Shown here piece after piece: positions 37,246-46,239 of a stretch of 59,111 nt of DNA (its first letter is position 1; the number at the start of each line of letters is the position of its first letter). Origin of the DNA: Alphaproteobacteria bacterium (GTDB lineage: Bacteria > Pseudomonadota > Alphaproteobacteria > Puniceispirillales > Puniceispirillaceae). The notes beneath the pieces are model-generated. The model had not been told where the DNA came from. It saw nothing but the letters and a program-made list of their open reading frames with translations, and ran no database searches. The position numbers and the translations under genes were made by a program. Where the stretch lies: contig WTJS01000127.1 of the NCBI GenBank assembly GCA_011524735.1, positions 4,652 to 63,762 of the forward strand, written 5' to 3'.

Positions 37246-38193
37246 ATGGCGACCTCTCTTTCCAATTTGCAGTTTCCAGCTTCGGACGCCATCACTCTTG
37301 ATGATGTTATTGCCATCTATGAAGGGCTCCGTCCGGTCATGCCGGTTCCAGCCACCATCGGGGATCAGCGCCGCCTTGACCGGCTGATTGACGTGTTGCC
37401 GCATGTGGATGCCATGCTTCTGGATGGATTCGGCGTGATCAATGTCGGCTGGCAGCCGGTAGATGGCATCCATGATTTTCTTGCCGCCGCCGCCGCACAG
37501 GATGTGGCGATCATGGTGCTCACCAACGGGGCTGGACAGGGCGCGGACAGCACCTGGGCGAAATACTGTGACTGGGGGTTGGATATTGCGCGCGATCAGG
37601 TTGTTTCAAGCCGGGATGCGCTTGAAGCTGACCTCGCACGAGTGGCCTCCGGAAGGATTGTTGGGGCGCTGGGCCCGACGTCTCGCCCGCTAGGGCTGGA
37701 GGGTGAGGAAACCTTTGCCGATGAAGATGCCTTGTTTGAGCGTCCAGACTGCTTTGCGTTTCTGGGTGCCGCTGGTTGGGAGGAGTCTCATCAGGCGCGT
37801 CTGGTGTCGGCTTTGGGCAAGGGTGGTCGTGGCCTACTGGTCGCCAATCCGGATGTCAGTGCGCCGCTTGGCGACATGTTCTCAGCTGAGCCAGGGTATT
37901 GGGCCGCCCGCGCCATGCAGGAAACAGGTGTTCAACCACAATGGTATGGCAAGCCACATGGTCTAGCCTTTGATCTTGTCCTGGCCGCGCTTGAGACGAG
38001 GATGGGCCGTCAATTTGATCGGCGGCGGGTCGCCATGGTGGGGGACAGTCTTCACACTGACATTCTTGGGGCGTCGGCTGCGGGTCTGCAGTCTGTGTTG
38101 GTGACCGGATACGGCCTGTTTCGTGATGGTGGAAGTGATGAGATGATCAGCGCCTGTGGCATTGCACCTGACTGGATCGTATCCACCTTATAG
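37246..38193 (+). CDS. HAD-superfamily subfamily IIA hydrolase
   Basis: LLDGFGV motif I, LTN motif II, ANPD cap, GKPH motif III, MVGDSLHTDILG motif IV. Confidence 0.88.
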   Translation: MATSLSNLQFPASDAITLDDVIAIYEGLRPVMPVPATIGDQRRLDRLIDVLPHVDAMLLDGFGVINVGWQPVDGIHDFLAAAAAQDVAIMVLTNGAGQGADSTWAKYCDWGLDIARDQVVSSRDALEADLARVASGRIVGALGPTSRPLGLEGEETFADEDALFERPDCFAFLGAAGWEESHQARLVSALGKGGRGLLVANPDVSAPLGDMFSAEPGYWAARAMQETGVQPQWYGKPHGLAFDLVLAALETRMGRQFDRRRVAMVGDSLHTDILGASAAGLQSVLVTGYGLFRDGGSDEMISACGIAPDWIVSTL

Positions 38194-38251
38194 GTGGTCG
38201 ACATGGCCCCACACTTCTGATTTGTGGCCATACTGCGATGGGATAAAAGAA

Positions 38252-38620
38252 ATGCTGACACGAAAATTCTGTCTTGAAGGTCTGGAATGTGACTGCCGGA
38301 TTGGAGCCTATGATCATGAAAGGTTAGCTCCGCAGAGGGTGATCATTGATGCAGAAATCTTGCTGTCGGAAGATAGTGAGCCTGGACAGGACAGGCTTGA
38401 AGACACGCTGAATTATGATGTCATACGCGGTACGATTCTTGACCTTGCCGGGTCGCAGCATTTTGACCTTCAGGAAACACTTGCACGGCGTATTTTCGAC
38501 GAACTTGCCAAACAGCCAAGTGTTATGGCTGTCAAGGTCCGTACTGCCAAGCCTGATGCTTATAGTGATTGCCGCCAGATTTCCTATGAGCTTTCGAATA
38601 TGCCCGGATCGACTGGGTGA
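38252..38620 (+). CDS. folB: Dihydroneopterin aldolase
   Basis: IGAYDHE...PQRV, DTLNYD, HFDLQETLA, KPDAY. Confidence 0.88.
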   Translation: MLTRKFCLEGLECDCRIGAYDHERLAPQRVIIDAEILLSEDSEPGQDRLEDTLNYDVIRGTILDLAGSQHFDLQETLARRIFDELAKQPSVMAVKVRTAKPDAYSDCRQISYELSNMPGSTG

Positions 38621-38688
38621 TACGCTCGGTCTGTCCTCAATCGCACCATGTGCTAGACTTCGCCGAATGGCAATGAGAGGCACAGAAG

Positions 38689-39435
38689 GTGTTTGAGGAC
38701 GCTTCCGATCTTCAGGATTTCTACCGATCACGACAGGGTCGCCACGTTGCCATGCGCCTGCGTCGCCAGACCGCTGATTTTTGGCTGGATTCTCCCAATG
38801 CAAGTAATGCCGTTGTTGGTTATGGCCCACCTATATTGCGAAGTGACGAATCACGACCTGCTACTGTTTTCCTGCCCATGCGCATTGGACCACAGGCATG
38901 GCCGAATAAGGGCCCCAACAGAACTGTGCTGGTGAATAGCCGTTCGCTGCCGTTGCAGAATGTTCAGCTTGACCGGCTATTACTGTTTCATGCGCTGGAA
39001 TTTGATCTCAATCCCAGTCGCCTGCTGGAGGAATGCTGGCGCGTGTTGGATGGCAGCGGCAGGTTGATGGTCATGGTGCCAAACCGCAACGGGCTGTGGG
39101 CGCGGGCCGAGAAAACACCCTTTGGGCATGGCAGGCCTTATTCACGGGGTCAGCTAAGGCATTTGCTCCAGGATCATGGTTTTGAACCTGTTATGGCCCA
39201 CACAGCACTTTTTACACCTCCTTCGGCGCTAGGTATGGTCTTGCGCTTTGGCCCGCAGATTGAACGGCTTGGGCGTAATTGGTCGCCACGGGTTGGGGGT
39301 GTTCTGATCGTTGAGGCGGAAAAGATGCTTTATGCCTCAGCAGGTAAGACAAGCCGCGTTCGATCTGGCCTCGCCGGCGGGGCAGCAAAGCTTGCACCGC
39401 AACCCACAGGTGCAATGCGTGATATTTCTGATTAA
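38689..39435 (+). CDS. Class I SAM-methyltransferase-like protein (Methyltransf_11, YafS-like)
   Basis: DFY.S..G, LP....DR.LL.HALE, E.WRVL...GRL...VPNR.GLWAR.E.TPFG.GRPYS. Confidence 0.8.
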   Translation: MFEDASDLQDFYRSRQGRHVAMRLRRQTADFWLDSPNASNAVVGYGPPILRSDESRPATVFLPMRIGPQAWPNKGPNRTVLVNSRSLPLQNVQLDRLLLFHALEFDLNPSRLLEECWRVLDGSGRLMVMVPNRNGLWARAEKTPFGHGRPYSRGQLRHLLQDHGFEPVMAHTALFTPPSALGMVLRFGPQIERLGRNWSPRVGGVLIVEAEKMLYASAGKTSRVRSGLAGGAAKLAPQPTGAMRDISD

Positions 39436-39604
39436 AGGCACTTTTGACGAATGGGCTCATGCGGAGCGCTTTCCATTGACGGCATATGGGGCATGCTGTC
39501 AATTTGTAACTGGTGCAAGGTGCCTTTTGTTTTGGGAAGGTCGCCGGTGCCACATGCACGCCACCCTTAAATCCCGATCCTGTTCTGGTTAGTGACTGAT
39601 CAAT

Positions 39605-40276
39605 ATGACCGATAGATTAACTGAGCTCCGTGACACAATTGACCGGCTTGATGACGAGATTCTGGCGCTGATCCGCAGGCGCATGAAGCTTTCAGCAGAC
39701 ATTATTGCTGCCAAGAACGGTGCCGTGGCTTATCGACCCGGCCGCGAGGCCAAGGTCGTGCAGCGGCTTGTGGATCAGACACCGGAGATGTCCCCTTTGG
39801 TGATACAGAACATCTGGCGACAGATCATGACAGCGAGCACCGCACAGCAGGACAGCTCCCTGACCATTGCTGTAATCAAGAATGCTGAGGCCGTGGCCAG
39901 CTGGCATTTTGGGGGGCTTGTAAGGCTTCTGGTATGTGATGACATGGTGGCCATGCGGGCTGCTCTTGATGGCAAGGCCACTCTGGCGTTTGTGCCTGTA
40001 TCGCAGGCGGACAAGCTTGCCAGCTGGATGCTGGCCGATAGCGGGGCTCACATCATGTCGCGCACACCTCTGTTTGGAGACGGTGTCCCCGCAGCTTTTA
40101 TTATTGGGAAGGTGCCCGCTGATCCGGCCGCGCATGAGGTGACTATCCTCGCCCGCAAAGATGGCGATGCCACGAAACTGGAAATTCGGCCTGGACGCCT
40201 GGAGGTGCTGCCGGATGAAGATGATGGAACATGCCGTATAGCGGGTGTCATTGCCACAGGCGGCGATACAGACTAA
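39605..40276 (+). CDS. Chorismate mutase (AroQ domain plus alphaproteobacterial C-terminal domain)
   Basis: L.ELR..IDRLD.EIL.LI.RR, YRPGREA.V, IWRQIM; directly upstream of tyrC. Confidence 0.85.
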   Translation: MTDRLTELRDTIDRLDDEILALIRRRMKLSADIIAAKNGAVAYRPGREAKVVQRLVDQTPEMSPLVIQNIWRQIMTASTAQQDSSLTIAVIKNAEAVASWHFGGLVRLLVCDDMVAMRAALDGKATLAFVPVSQADKLASWMLADSGAHIMSRTPLFGDGVPAAFIIGKVPADPAAHEVTILARKDGDATKLEIRPGRLEVLPDEDDGTCRIAGVIATGGDTD

Positions 40277-40285
40277 AAGCAGCGC

Positions 40286-41164
40286 ATGTCCAAGATTTAT
40301 TCAAAGATCGCCATCATTGGTATTGGCCTGATCGGCGCCTCGATTGCTCTGGCGGCGCGCCGAGCGGGGCTTGTTGACCATATTATCGGCTGTGATGCCG
40401 ATCCAGCGGTCGGGGTCGAGGCTGACGAGCTTGGTCTGATCGATGAATTTACCACAGATGCGGTGGCGGCTGTCGCCGATGCAGATCTTGTTATCATGGC
40501 GGTACCGGTTGGCGCATTGGGCCCCCTTGCAGAACAGATTATTCCAGCCATGAAACAGGGTGCGGTTCTGACCGACACCGGTTCGACCAAACGCTCAGTT
40601 ATTCGGGATGTGTCTCCACATGTCTCGCCAGACATTCACTGGCTACCGTCGCACCCTCTTGCGGGTACCGAACATTCAGGCCCGGCCGCAGGAAAGGTTG
40701 ACCTGTTTGATGGTCGCTACTGGATTGTGCTGCCACTCGATGCCCCAGAAGAGGTTGTCGTCACTTTTGAAGCTTTCGTCACCGGACTCGGTGCAACCAA
40801 AGAACGGATGGACCCAGACTATCACGACAAGGTGCTGGCACTGACATCGCACCTGCCACATCTCATTGCATACACCATCGTCAGTACAGCAACGGATCTG
40901 GAATCGCAGCTGAAGAACGACGTTATCAGATTTTCTGCCTCTGGTTTTCGAGACTTCACGCGCATTGCTGCCTCTGACCCGGTCATGTGGCGCGATGTTT
41001 TCATCAATAATGATGAGGCGGTTCTGGAAATGTTGCAGCGCTTTTCCGAAGATCTGTCCTATTTGCAACGTGCTATTCGATGGGGTGAGAAGGACAAGCT
41101 GGAAGAGCTGTTTCATCGGACACGTGAAATCCGCCGCTCGATCATTGATGCCGGACAAAGCTAA
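40286..41164 (+). CDS. tyrC: Prephenate/arogenate (cyclohexadienyl) dehydrogenase
   Basis: GIGLIG, TDTGSTK, HPLAGTE.SG, HD.VLA.TSHLPH, GFRDFTRIA.SDP.MWRD. Confidence 0.95.
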   Translation: MSKIYSKIAIIGIGLIGASIALAARRAGLVDHIIGCDADPAVGVEADELGLIDEFTTDAVAAVADADLVIMAVPVGALGPLAEQIIPAMKQGAVLTDTGSTKRSVIRDVSPHVSPDIHWLPSHPLAGTEHSGPAAGKVDLFDGRYWIVLPLDAPEEVVVTFEAFVTGLGATKERMDPDYHDKVLALTSHLPHLIAYTIVSTATDLESQLKNDVIRFSASGFRDFTRIAASDPVMWRDVFINNDEAVLEMLQRFSEDLSYLQRAIRWGEKDKLEELFHRTREIRRSIIDAGQS

Positions 41165-41184
41165 CCAAAAGACCTAGCCGTTCT

Positions 41185-41817
41185 TTATACCCGAAGCGTC
41201 TCCGCCAGATATTTCGCATATTCGCGTGTTAGCAGCCTTAGCATTGCTGGATTATTCCACCATCGCTCAAGTTGAAGGTCAGCAGGTGTGACCGGCCACT
41301 GATATAGATCAAGATCCGGCATGGCACGGGCAAACACAACCAGCGCCCTCGGCATATGGTAGTTGGCTGTCACCAAACGCAAAGACTGGATGCCATGCTG
41401 ATCTGCCCATTGTCTGGCGGCAACTGCATTGCCACGAGTGTCACGTGCTGTGAAATCCAGTTCGACACAGCAAAACAATGCATTGGCCTGTTGATCATTG
41501 AGCATCAATTCCTGAACCAGAACCGCGCGATTGACGCCTTCACCGACGCCTGAGATCAGCATTTTGCCAGCATGCCCACCAGTCAAAAGAACCAGCCCGT
41601 CATCAAGACGTTGTTGTCCACCCGTCATGACGACAATGCCGTCAGTAAACTGCAGCTGTCCGTCAGGAGTCTTTGGCAGTGTCAGAACAAAATGCTGAAG
41701 CCCGGCCGCCAGCGAAGCGATGGTGACCAGCAGATACACGGCCCCATAACGCGCCAGACGTGACATGCGCAGCGGTGTCGAAGTGTCAGAGGATGTATTG
41801 CTGGGGTTCACTGTCAT
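41185..41817 (-). CDS. YdcF/DUF218 family envelope protein
   Basis: N-terminal TM, DGIVV.TGG..R, LISGV, A.DT.GNA, VT.NYHMPRA, EY.KYL. Confidence 0.88.
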   Translation of the reverse strand: MTVNPSNTSSDTSTPLRMSRLARYGAVYLLVTIASLAAGLQHFVLTLPKTPDGQLQFTDGIVVMTGGQQRLDDGLVLLTGGHAGKMLISGVGEGVNRAVLVQELMLNDQQANALFCCVELDFTARDTRGNAVAARQWADQHGIQSLRLVTANYHMPRALVVFARAMPDLDLYQWPVTPADLQLERWWNNPAMLRLLTREYAKYLAETLRV

Positions 41818-42010
41818 TCAAATGTCGCTACATGGTTGTCCTGCAGATACGCTATCGAAAGATGGCTCGGCGGTCAGCCTGTTTCTTGCTTACAGACGCC
41901 GGTCTTTTCCAAGCATGATGTTTGGTGTATCGACGAAAGGGTCTGGATGACGCAGAATGCCTCCAGGCGATTTAGCGGGGCGATCAGATGAAATCTTCAG
42001 GAATTGGCGA

Positions 42011-42631
42011 ATGCTGCTGACCTGTCCAAATTGTGAGACAGTTTTCCGGGTCGACAGCGCTAGTATTGGTGAAGAAGGCCGGACAGTGCGGTGCTCAGTC
42101 TGTTCACATGTCTGGCAGGCCAACTCACCGATGCTGATGCCAGAATCCGAAACTGGCGAAGTCAAAGCTGCGGTCAACAGTGTGTTGATGCCCTTTATGG
42201 CTATGGCACTGCTCGTTGGTGCTCTGGCTGGTAGTATTGCGTACCGGTCAACGATCACGGCGTATGCACCAGCATTGATCAAGATGTTTGACGGGATAGG
42301 CCTGACGATACGACCGGATATCAATAGGTTACAAATTTCTGATCTGAATGCGGACTATGCCGGTGATACACTGCGTCTTCGTGGGCTGCTGGTGAATCGC
42401 GGTGCCTTTTCAGCACACGCACCTTCGCTGGAGGTGACGGTTATTTCAGAGTCGGGTGAATCACTTGCCAGCCGGGCTATCCGTCCCGATGACGCGGTGA
42501 TTGGCGCCAACGCGGCTACAGATTTCTTCATCCAGCTTGTTATTGAAGCCAGCAAGGAACCAACGGTGACTGTCGTGATGCTCGACGAACCTGTCGCTCA
42601 GCGCAGCCAGTCAGCTGAAATCAGGAACTGA
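42011..42631 (+). CDS. MJ0042-type zinc-ribbon + TM + DUF3426-like protein (ZitP-like)
   Basis: MLLTCPNC.T.F.V....IG..GRTVRCSVC.HVW zinc finger, one TM, beta-rich C-terminal domain. Confidence 0.82.
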   Translation: MLLTCPNCETVFRVDSASIGEEGRTVRCSVCSHVWQANSPMLMPESETGEVKAAVNSVLMPFMAMALLVGALAGSIAYRSTITAYAPALIKMFDGIGLTIRPDINRLQISDLNADYAGDTLRLRGLLVNRGAFSAHAPSLEVTVISESGESLASRAIRPDDAVIGANAATDFFIQLVIEASKEPTVTVVMLDEPVAQRSQSAEIRN

Positions 42632-43888
42632 TTCCTCGGCAAGCAGACTTTCAACGGTCCGTTGCTGGCGTAAAACATGGCAGACTCCGTCAAGGACCAT
42701 CACTTCGCCAGCTGGTGGGCGCGTGTTATAGCTAGACGCCATGACCGCGCCATAAGCACCAGCAGACATCACCGCTAGACCGTCGCCGGCACCGAGCTCA
42801 GGCATCATCCTATCACGCCCCAGATAGTCACCTGTTTCGCAGATTGGCCCAACAATATCGGCCGGGCCGATGTCAGCACCGCCGGGAGCTATTGTCTGGA
42901 TTGCGTGATGGGCTTCATAGAGTGTCGGGCGCAGCAGATCGTTCATTGCGGCATCGACTATGACGAAGCGTTTGTTATCGCCATCCTTGATATAGATAAC
43001 CTTTGTCAGCAAGACGCCGTTATTGGCGACAATTGACCTGCCCGGCTCAAAGCCGAGACGAAACCCGCTATTGGCAAATACACGTGCAACCAGCTGTCCA
43101 TAGGCTGTGAAATCTGTTCCGGTGCCATTTTCATAATCAACACCGATACCCCCACCAAGATCGAGAATTGGTACGGGCAGCCCTTCTTCACGAAGTGATG
43201 TGCCAAAATGCAGCAGCGCGCTGTAGGCCCGTTCGAACGGGTCGAGGTCAAGGATCTGCGAGCCAATATGGACGGCAAGTCCAGCTGGGCTAATGTTAGC
43301 GTCTGCATGCATCCGTCGGTAAAGGTCGGCAGCCTCGTTCTGCGAGATCGACACCCCGAATTTGGTTGATCTCTGGCCTGTGGAAATTTTCTCATGCGTT
43401 TCAGGTGCGACATCAACATTAACCCGCAAAGCGACGGGCGCCATGACGCCCCGCGCGGCAGCTATCTGGCTGATGGCATCAACTTCCTGAGGGCTTTCCG
43501 CATTGATCTGGCCAATACCGGCATCAAGTGCCGCGCCAATCTCGTCAGCTGACTTTCCAACACCGGAAAACACGATCTTCTTTGGAGGGACGCCGGCCGC
43601 CAGGGCGCGAGCCAGTTCCCCACCCGACACAATGTCTGCGCCCGCGCCCTCGTTGGCCAGCATCGCAATCACACCAAGCGCAGAATTGGATTTAAGCGCA
43701 AAATGCACGGTGCCATCGACGGCTTCAAGCGCTGAAGCAAACCGGCGATAATCCTGACGAATACCGTCACCAGAATAAACATAGAGCGGGCTGCCATGTG
43801 CTGCAGCAATCTCGGCAAGCGGCATGCCGCTGACGGTTAGCTGGCCGCTAGCATCACGATAGAAGGCGGAAGGGTGAAGCTCAGTCAT
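42611..43888 (-). CDS. lysA: Diaminopimelate decarboxylase
   Basis: FALKSN PLP Lys, D.VSGGE, HIGSQI, LGGG, EPGR, GPICETGD, GAYG. Confidence 0.98.
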   Translation of the reverse strand: MTELHPSAFYRDASGQLTVSGMPLAEIAAAHGSPLYVYSGDGIRQDYRRFASALEAVDGTVHFALKSNSALGVIAMLANEGAGADIVSGGELARALAAGVPPKKIVFSGVGKSADEIGAALDAGIGQINAESPQEVDAISQIAAARGVMAPVALRVNVDVAPETHEKISTGQRSTKFGVSISQNEAADLYRRMHADANISPAGLAVHIGSQILDLDPFERAYSALLHFGTSLREEGLPVPILDLGGGIGVDYENGTGTDFTAYGQLVARVFANSGFRLGFEPGRSIVANNGVLLTKVIYIKDGDNKRFVIVDAAMNDLLRPTLYEAHHAIQTIAPGGADIGPADIVGPICETGDYLGRDRMMPELGAGDGLAVMSAGAYGAVMASSYNTRPPAGEVMVLDGVCHVLRQQRTVESLLAEESVPDFS

Positions 43889-43915
43889 ATCTAATGGTTC
43901 CTGAAAACAGGCGGA

Positions 43916-44044
43916 TCAGGTGGCGGAAGCCGTCTTGTCCGGGATTTCGGATGGGCGATAAGGGTCACCGCGTTTGCCACAGGCACTCAGCCCGGCAGCG
44001 GCAACACTCAGGATCAGAACCATCATGGCGAGTTTCTGTTTCAT
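43916..44044 (-). CDS. lptM: Small lipoprotein, LptM (YifL/LppL) family
   Basis: Hand translation MKQKLAMMVLILSVAAAGLSA-CGKRGDPYRPSEIPDKTASAT (42 aa): lipobox LSAC and CGxxG..Y.P motif; between argH and lysA; GGAG RBS; below ORF-track cutoff. Confidence 0.85.
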   Translation of the reverse strand: MKQKLAMMVLILSVAAAGLSACGKRGDPYRPSEIPDKTASAT

Positions 44045-44074
44045 GCTGAAGCTCCCTGTCCTCAATCTGCGTTG

Positions 44075-45520
44075 TTATGTGTCCAGCGCATAACGCTGGC
44101 GGGCCTCGGTGATGCGGGCCCTGACTTCATCTGGGGCAGTGCCTCCATGGCTCAGCCGCATTGAAGCCGCAGCCTCACAGGACAGCACGGCAAGAACATC
44201 GGCTGTGATCTCTGGTTCCACAGCCTTCATATCTTCAAGGCTGAGTGCGTCGAGATCGCATCCACGTTCAGCGGCGATGGCCACAATTGAACCGCTGACA
44301 TGATGCGCCTCGCGGAACGGCATGCCAAGATCGCGAACCAGATAATCGGCGAGATCTGTTGCTGTTGGGAACCCTTTTGTCAGGGCTGCCCGCATGTTGC
44401 TCGGCACGGCTTGCATGTCGGCTGTCATTCCAGCTGTAGCGGCGATGGCAATGGTCAGTGCGTCGGCGGCGTCGAACACGCCCTCCTTGTCTTCCTGCAT
44501 ATCCTTGCCATAGGCAAGTGGCAGTCCTTTCAGCACAATCAGCAGCCCATTCAGCGAACCGATAATCCGGCCGGGTTTGGCCCGCACCAGCTCGGCAGCA
44601 TCGGGGTTGCGCTTCTGCGGCATAATTGATGACCCAGTAGTGAAGGCATCAGATAGGGTGATGAATCCAAACCGGTCTGAACACCAGATAACAATTTCTT
44701 CTGCCAGGCGCGACATGTGAACTGCACACAGTGCTGCGGCCGCCAGAAATTCAACGGCAAAATCACGGTCTGATACTGCATCCATGGCGTTGGCTGTCGG
44801 GCGATCAAACCCCAACAGTTCGGCCGTCATGTGGCGATCTATTGGAAAGGATGTCCCAGCAAGGGCCGCGGCGCCAAGGGGCGATTCGTTCAACCGCTTC
44901 CGTGCATCGGCAAACCGCCCGCGATCCCGGCCAAACATTTCGACATAGGCCATCAGGTGGAAGCCAAATGTGACTGGCTGTGCTGTCTGCAGATGGGTGA
45001 AGCCCGGCATCAGCGTATCGGCATGTTCTTCAGCACGCTGCAACAGCACGGTCTGTAGTTCAGCAAGTGCGGCGTCAACTGAATCCATCATGTCTCTGAC
45101 CCAGAGACGGAAGTCTGTTGCCACCTGATCATTACGCGATCGTGCCGTGTGAAGGCGGCGCGCTGGCTCACCAATCAATTCGGCAAGCCGCGACTCGATG
45201 TTCATATGGATGTCTTCAAGTGCTGCTGAAAAGGTGAAATTACCGGTGGCAATCTCATCCATGATGGCGTCCAGTCCACGGTGAATGGCGGCACGGTCAT
45301 CATCTGAAATGATGCCACATGAGGCCAGCATCGTGGCATGCGCTTTTGATCCGGCAATATCCTGCCGGTACAGCCGCTTGTCATAATCGATAGAGGCGTT
45401 GATCTCCTGCATCAACTCGGATGGTCCGCTTGAGAAGCGTCCGCCCCAGATGCTAGACTTGGTCTGCCTGCCTGTCGTGGCCGCCGGGTTCTCCGTAGGC
45501 GCTGCGTCCTTGTCGGTCAT
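44075..45520 (-). CDS. argH: Argininosuccinate lyase
   Basis: [41 protein letters not shown]. Confidence 0.99.
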   Translation of the reverse strand: MTDKDAAPTENPAATTGRQTKSSIWGGRFSSGPSELMQEINASIDYDKRLYRQDIAGSKAHATMLASCGIISDDDRAAIHRGLDAIMDEIATGNFTFSAALEDIHMNIESRLAELIGEPARRLHTARSRNDQVATDFRLWVRDMMDSVDAALAELQTVLLQRAEEHADTLMPGFTHLQTAQPVTFGFHLMAYVEMFGRDRGRFADARKRLNESPLGAAALAGTSFPIDRHMTAELLGFDRPTANAMDAVSDRDFAVEFLAAAALCAVHMSRLAEEIVIWCSDRFGFITLSDAFTTGSSIMPQKRNPDAAELVRAKPGRIIGSLNGLLIVLKGLPLAYGKDMQEDKEGVFDAADALTIAIAATAGMTADMQAVPSNMRAALTKGFPTATDLADYLVRDLGMPFREAHHVSGSIVAIAAERGCDLDALSLEDMKAVEPEITADVLAVLSCEAAASMRLSHGGTAPDEVRARITEARQRYALDT

Positions 45521-45570
45521 GGTTTCTGTCCGGAATTCTATCTCCGGAGTCCTACTATCTGGAAAGTTTC

Positions 45571-46164
45571 ATGATTTATACGCGGCTTTTGTCCAATTTA
45601 CAGCGAAAACTGGCTCTTCTAGTGATGTGTGTACTGGCTGGCGGGATGTCCGTGGGACTTTCCAGCGCACCCGTCATGGCGGCGGGAAGCACTGATATCG
45701 CTGCACCAGATGCCATGGACATGCCCGTCGTGAAAAATGGTCTGGTCGATGAGACAGGCAATAGCTTCCAGATTTCTGATCTGATGGATGGACCGGTGTT
45801 GATAAATTTCTGGGCCACCTGGTGTGCGCCTTGTATTGCTGAACTCCCGGCTCTTTCCAGAGCGGCGGAGGCGCTGGCAGAGGATGGAATTACAATATTG
45901 CTGGTCTCCATTGATCGCGGCGGTGCCGAAAAGGCGTTACCATTTCTGCAAAAATATGGGGTCAACGGCGTCGCGCTGGGATTTGACCCACGGGCAAAAC
46001 TATCCCGCAACATGGGTGTGCGAGGGTTGCCCACGACCTTCCTGCTGAACCAGAAGCAGACACAGAGCTGGCAGTTTGTTGGGCCCTATGAGTGGGATGA
46101 AGCAGAGATGCTGACCCTTATCCGTGAACTGGCTGGCAAGGCCCAGGGAATGAATCAAAAGTGA
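45571..46164 (+). CDS. tlpA: TlpA-family thiol:disulfide oxidoreductase
   Basis: Signal/TM segment, INFWATWCAPC..E.P, GLPTT; divergent from argH. Confidence 0.88.
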   Translation: MIYTRLLSNLQRKLALLVMCVLAGGMSVGLSSAPVMAAGSTDIAAPDAMDMPVVKNGLVDETGNSFQISDLMDGPVLINFWATWCAPCIAELPALSRAAEALAEDGITILLVSIDRGGAEKALPFLQKYGVNGVALGFDPRAKLSRNMGVRGLPTTFLLNQKQTQSWQFVGPYEWDEAEMLTLIRELAGKAQGMNQK

Positions 46165-46187
46165 CCGAATAAAAAAGTGACGTCATG

Positions 46188-46215
46188 AAAAAAGGCGGCC
46201 CTGAGGCCGCCTTTC
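46188..46215. terminator. Intrinsic terminator (etfA side strong; probably bidirectional with tlpA)
   Basis: AAAAAAGGCGGCC-ctga-GGCCGCCTTTC. Confidence 0.85.
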
Positions 46216-46239
46216 TGAACTCAGCCCATGCGCTGTAAA

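Noticed and set aside
39520-39590. Possible SAM-II (alpha) riboswitch remnant (GCCACCCTTAAA)
   Set aside because: The GTGGTGATTT 5' strand and GCTAAA pseudoknot end are missing, and no met gene follows; an Rfam scan would settle it
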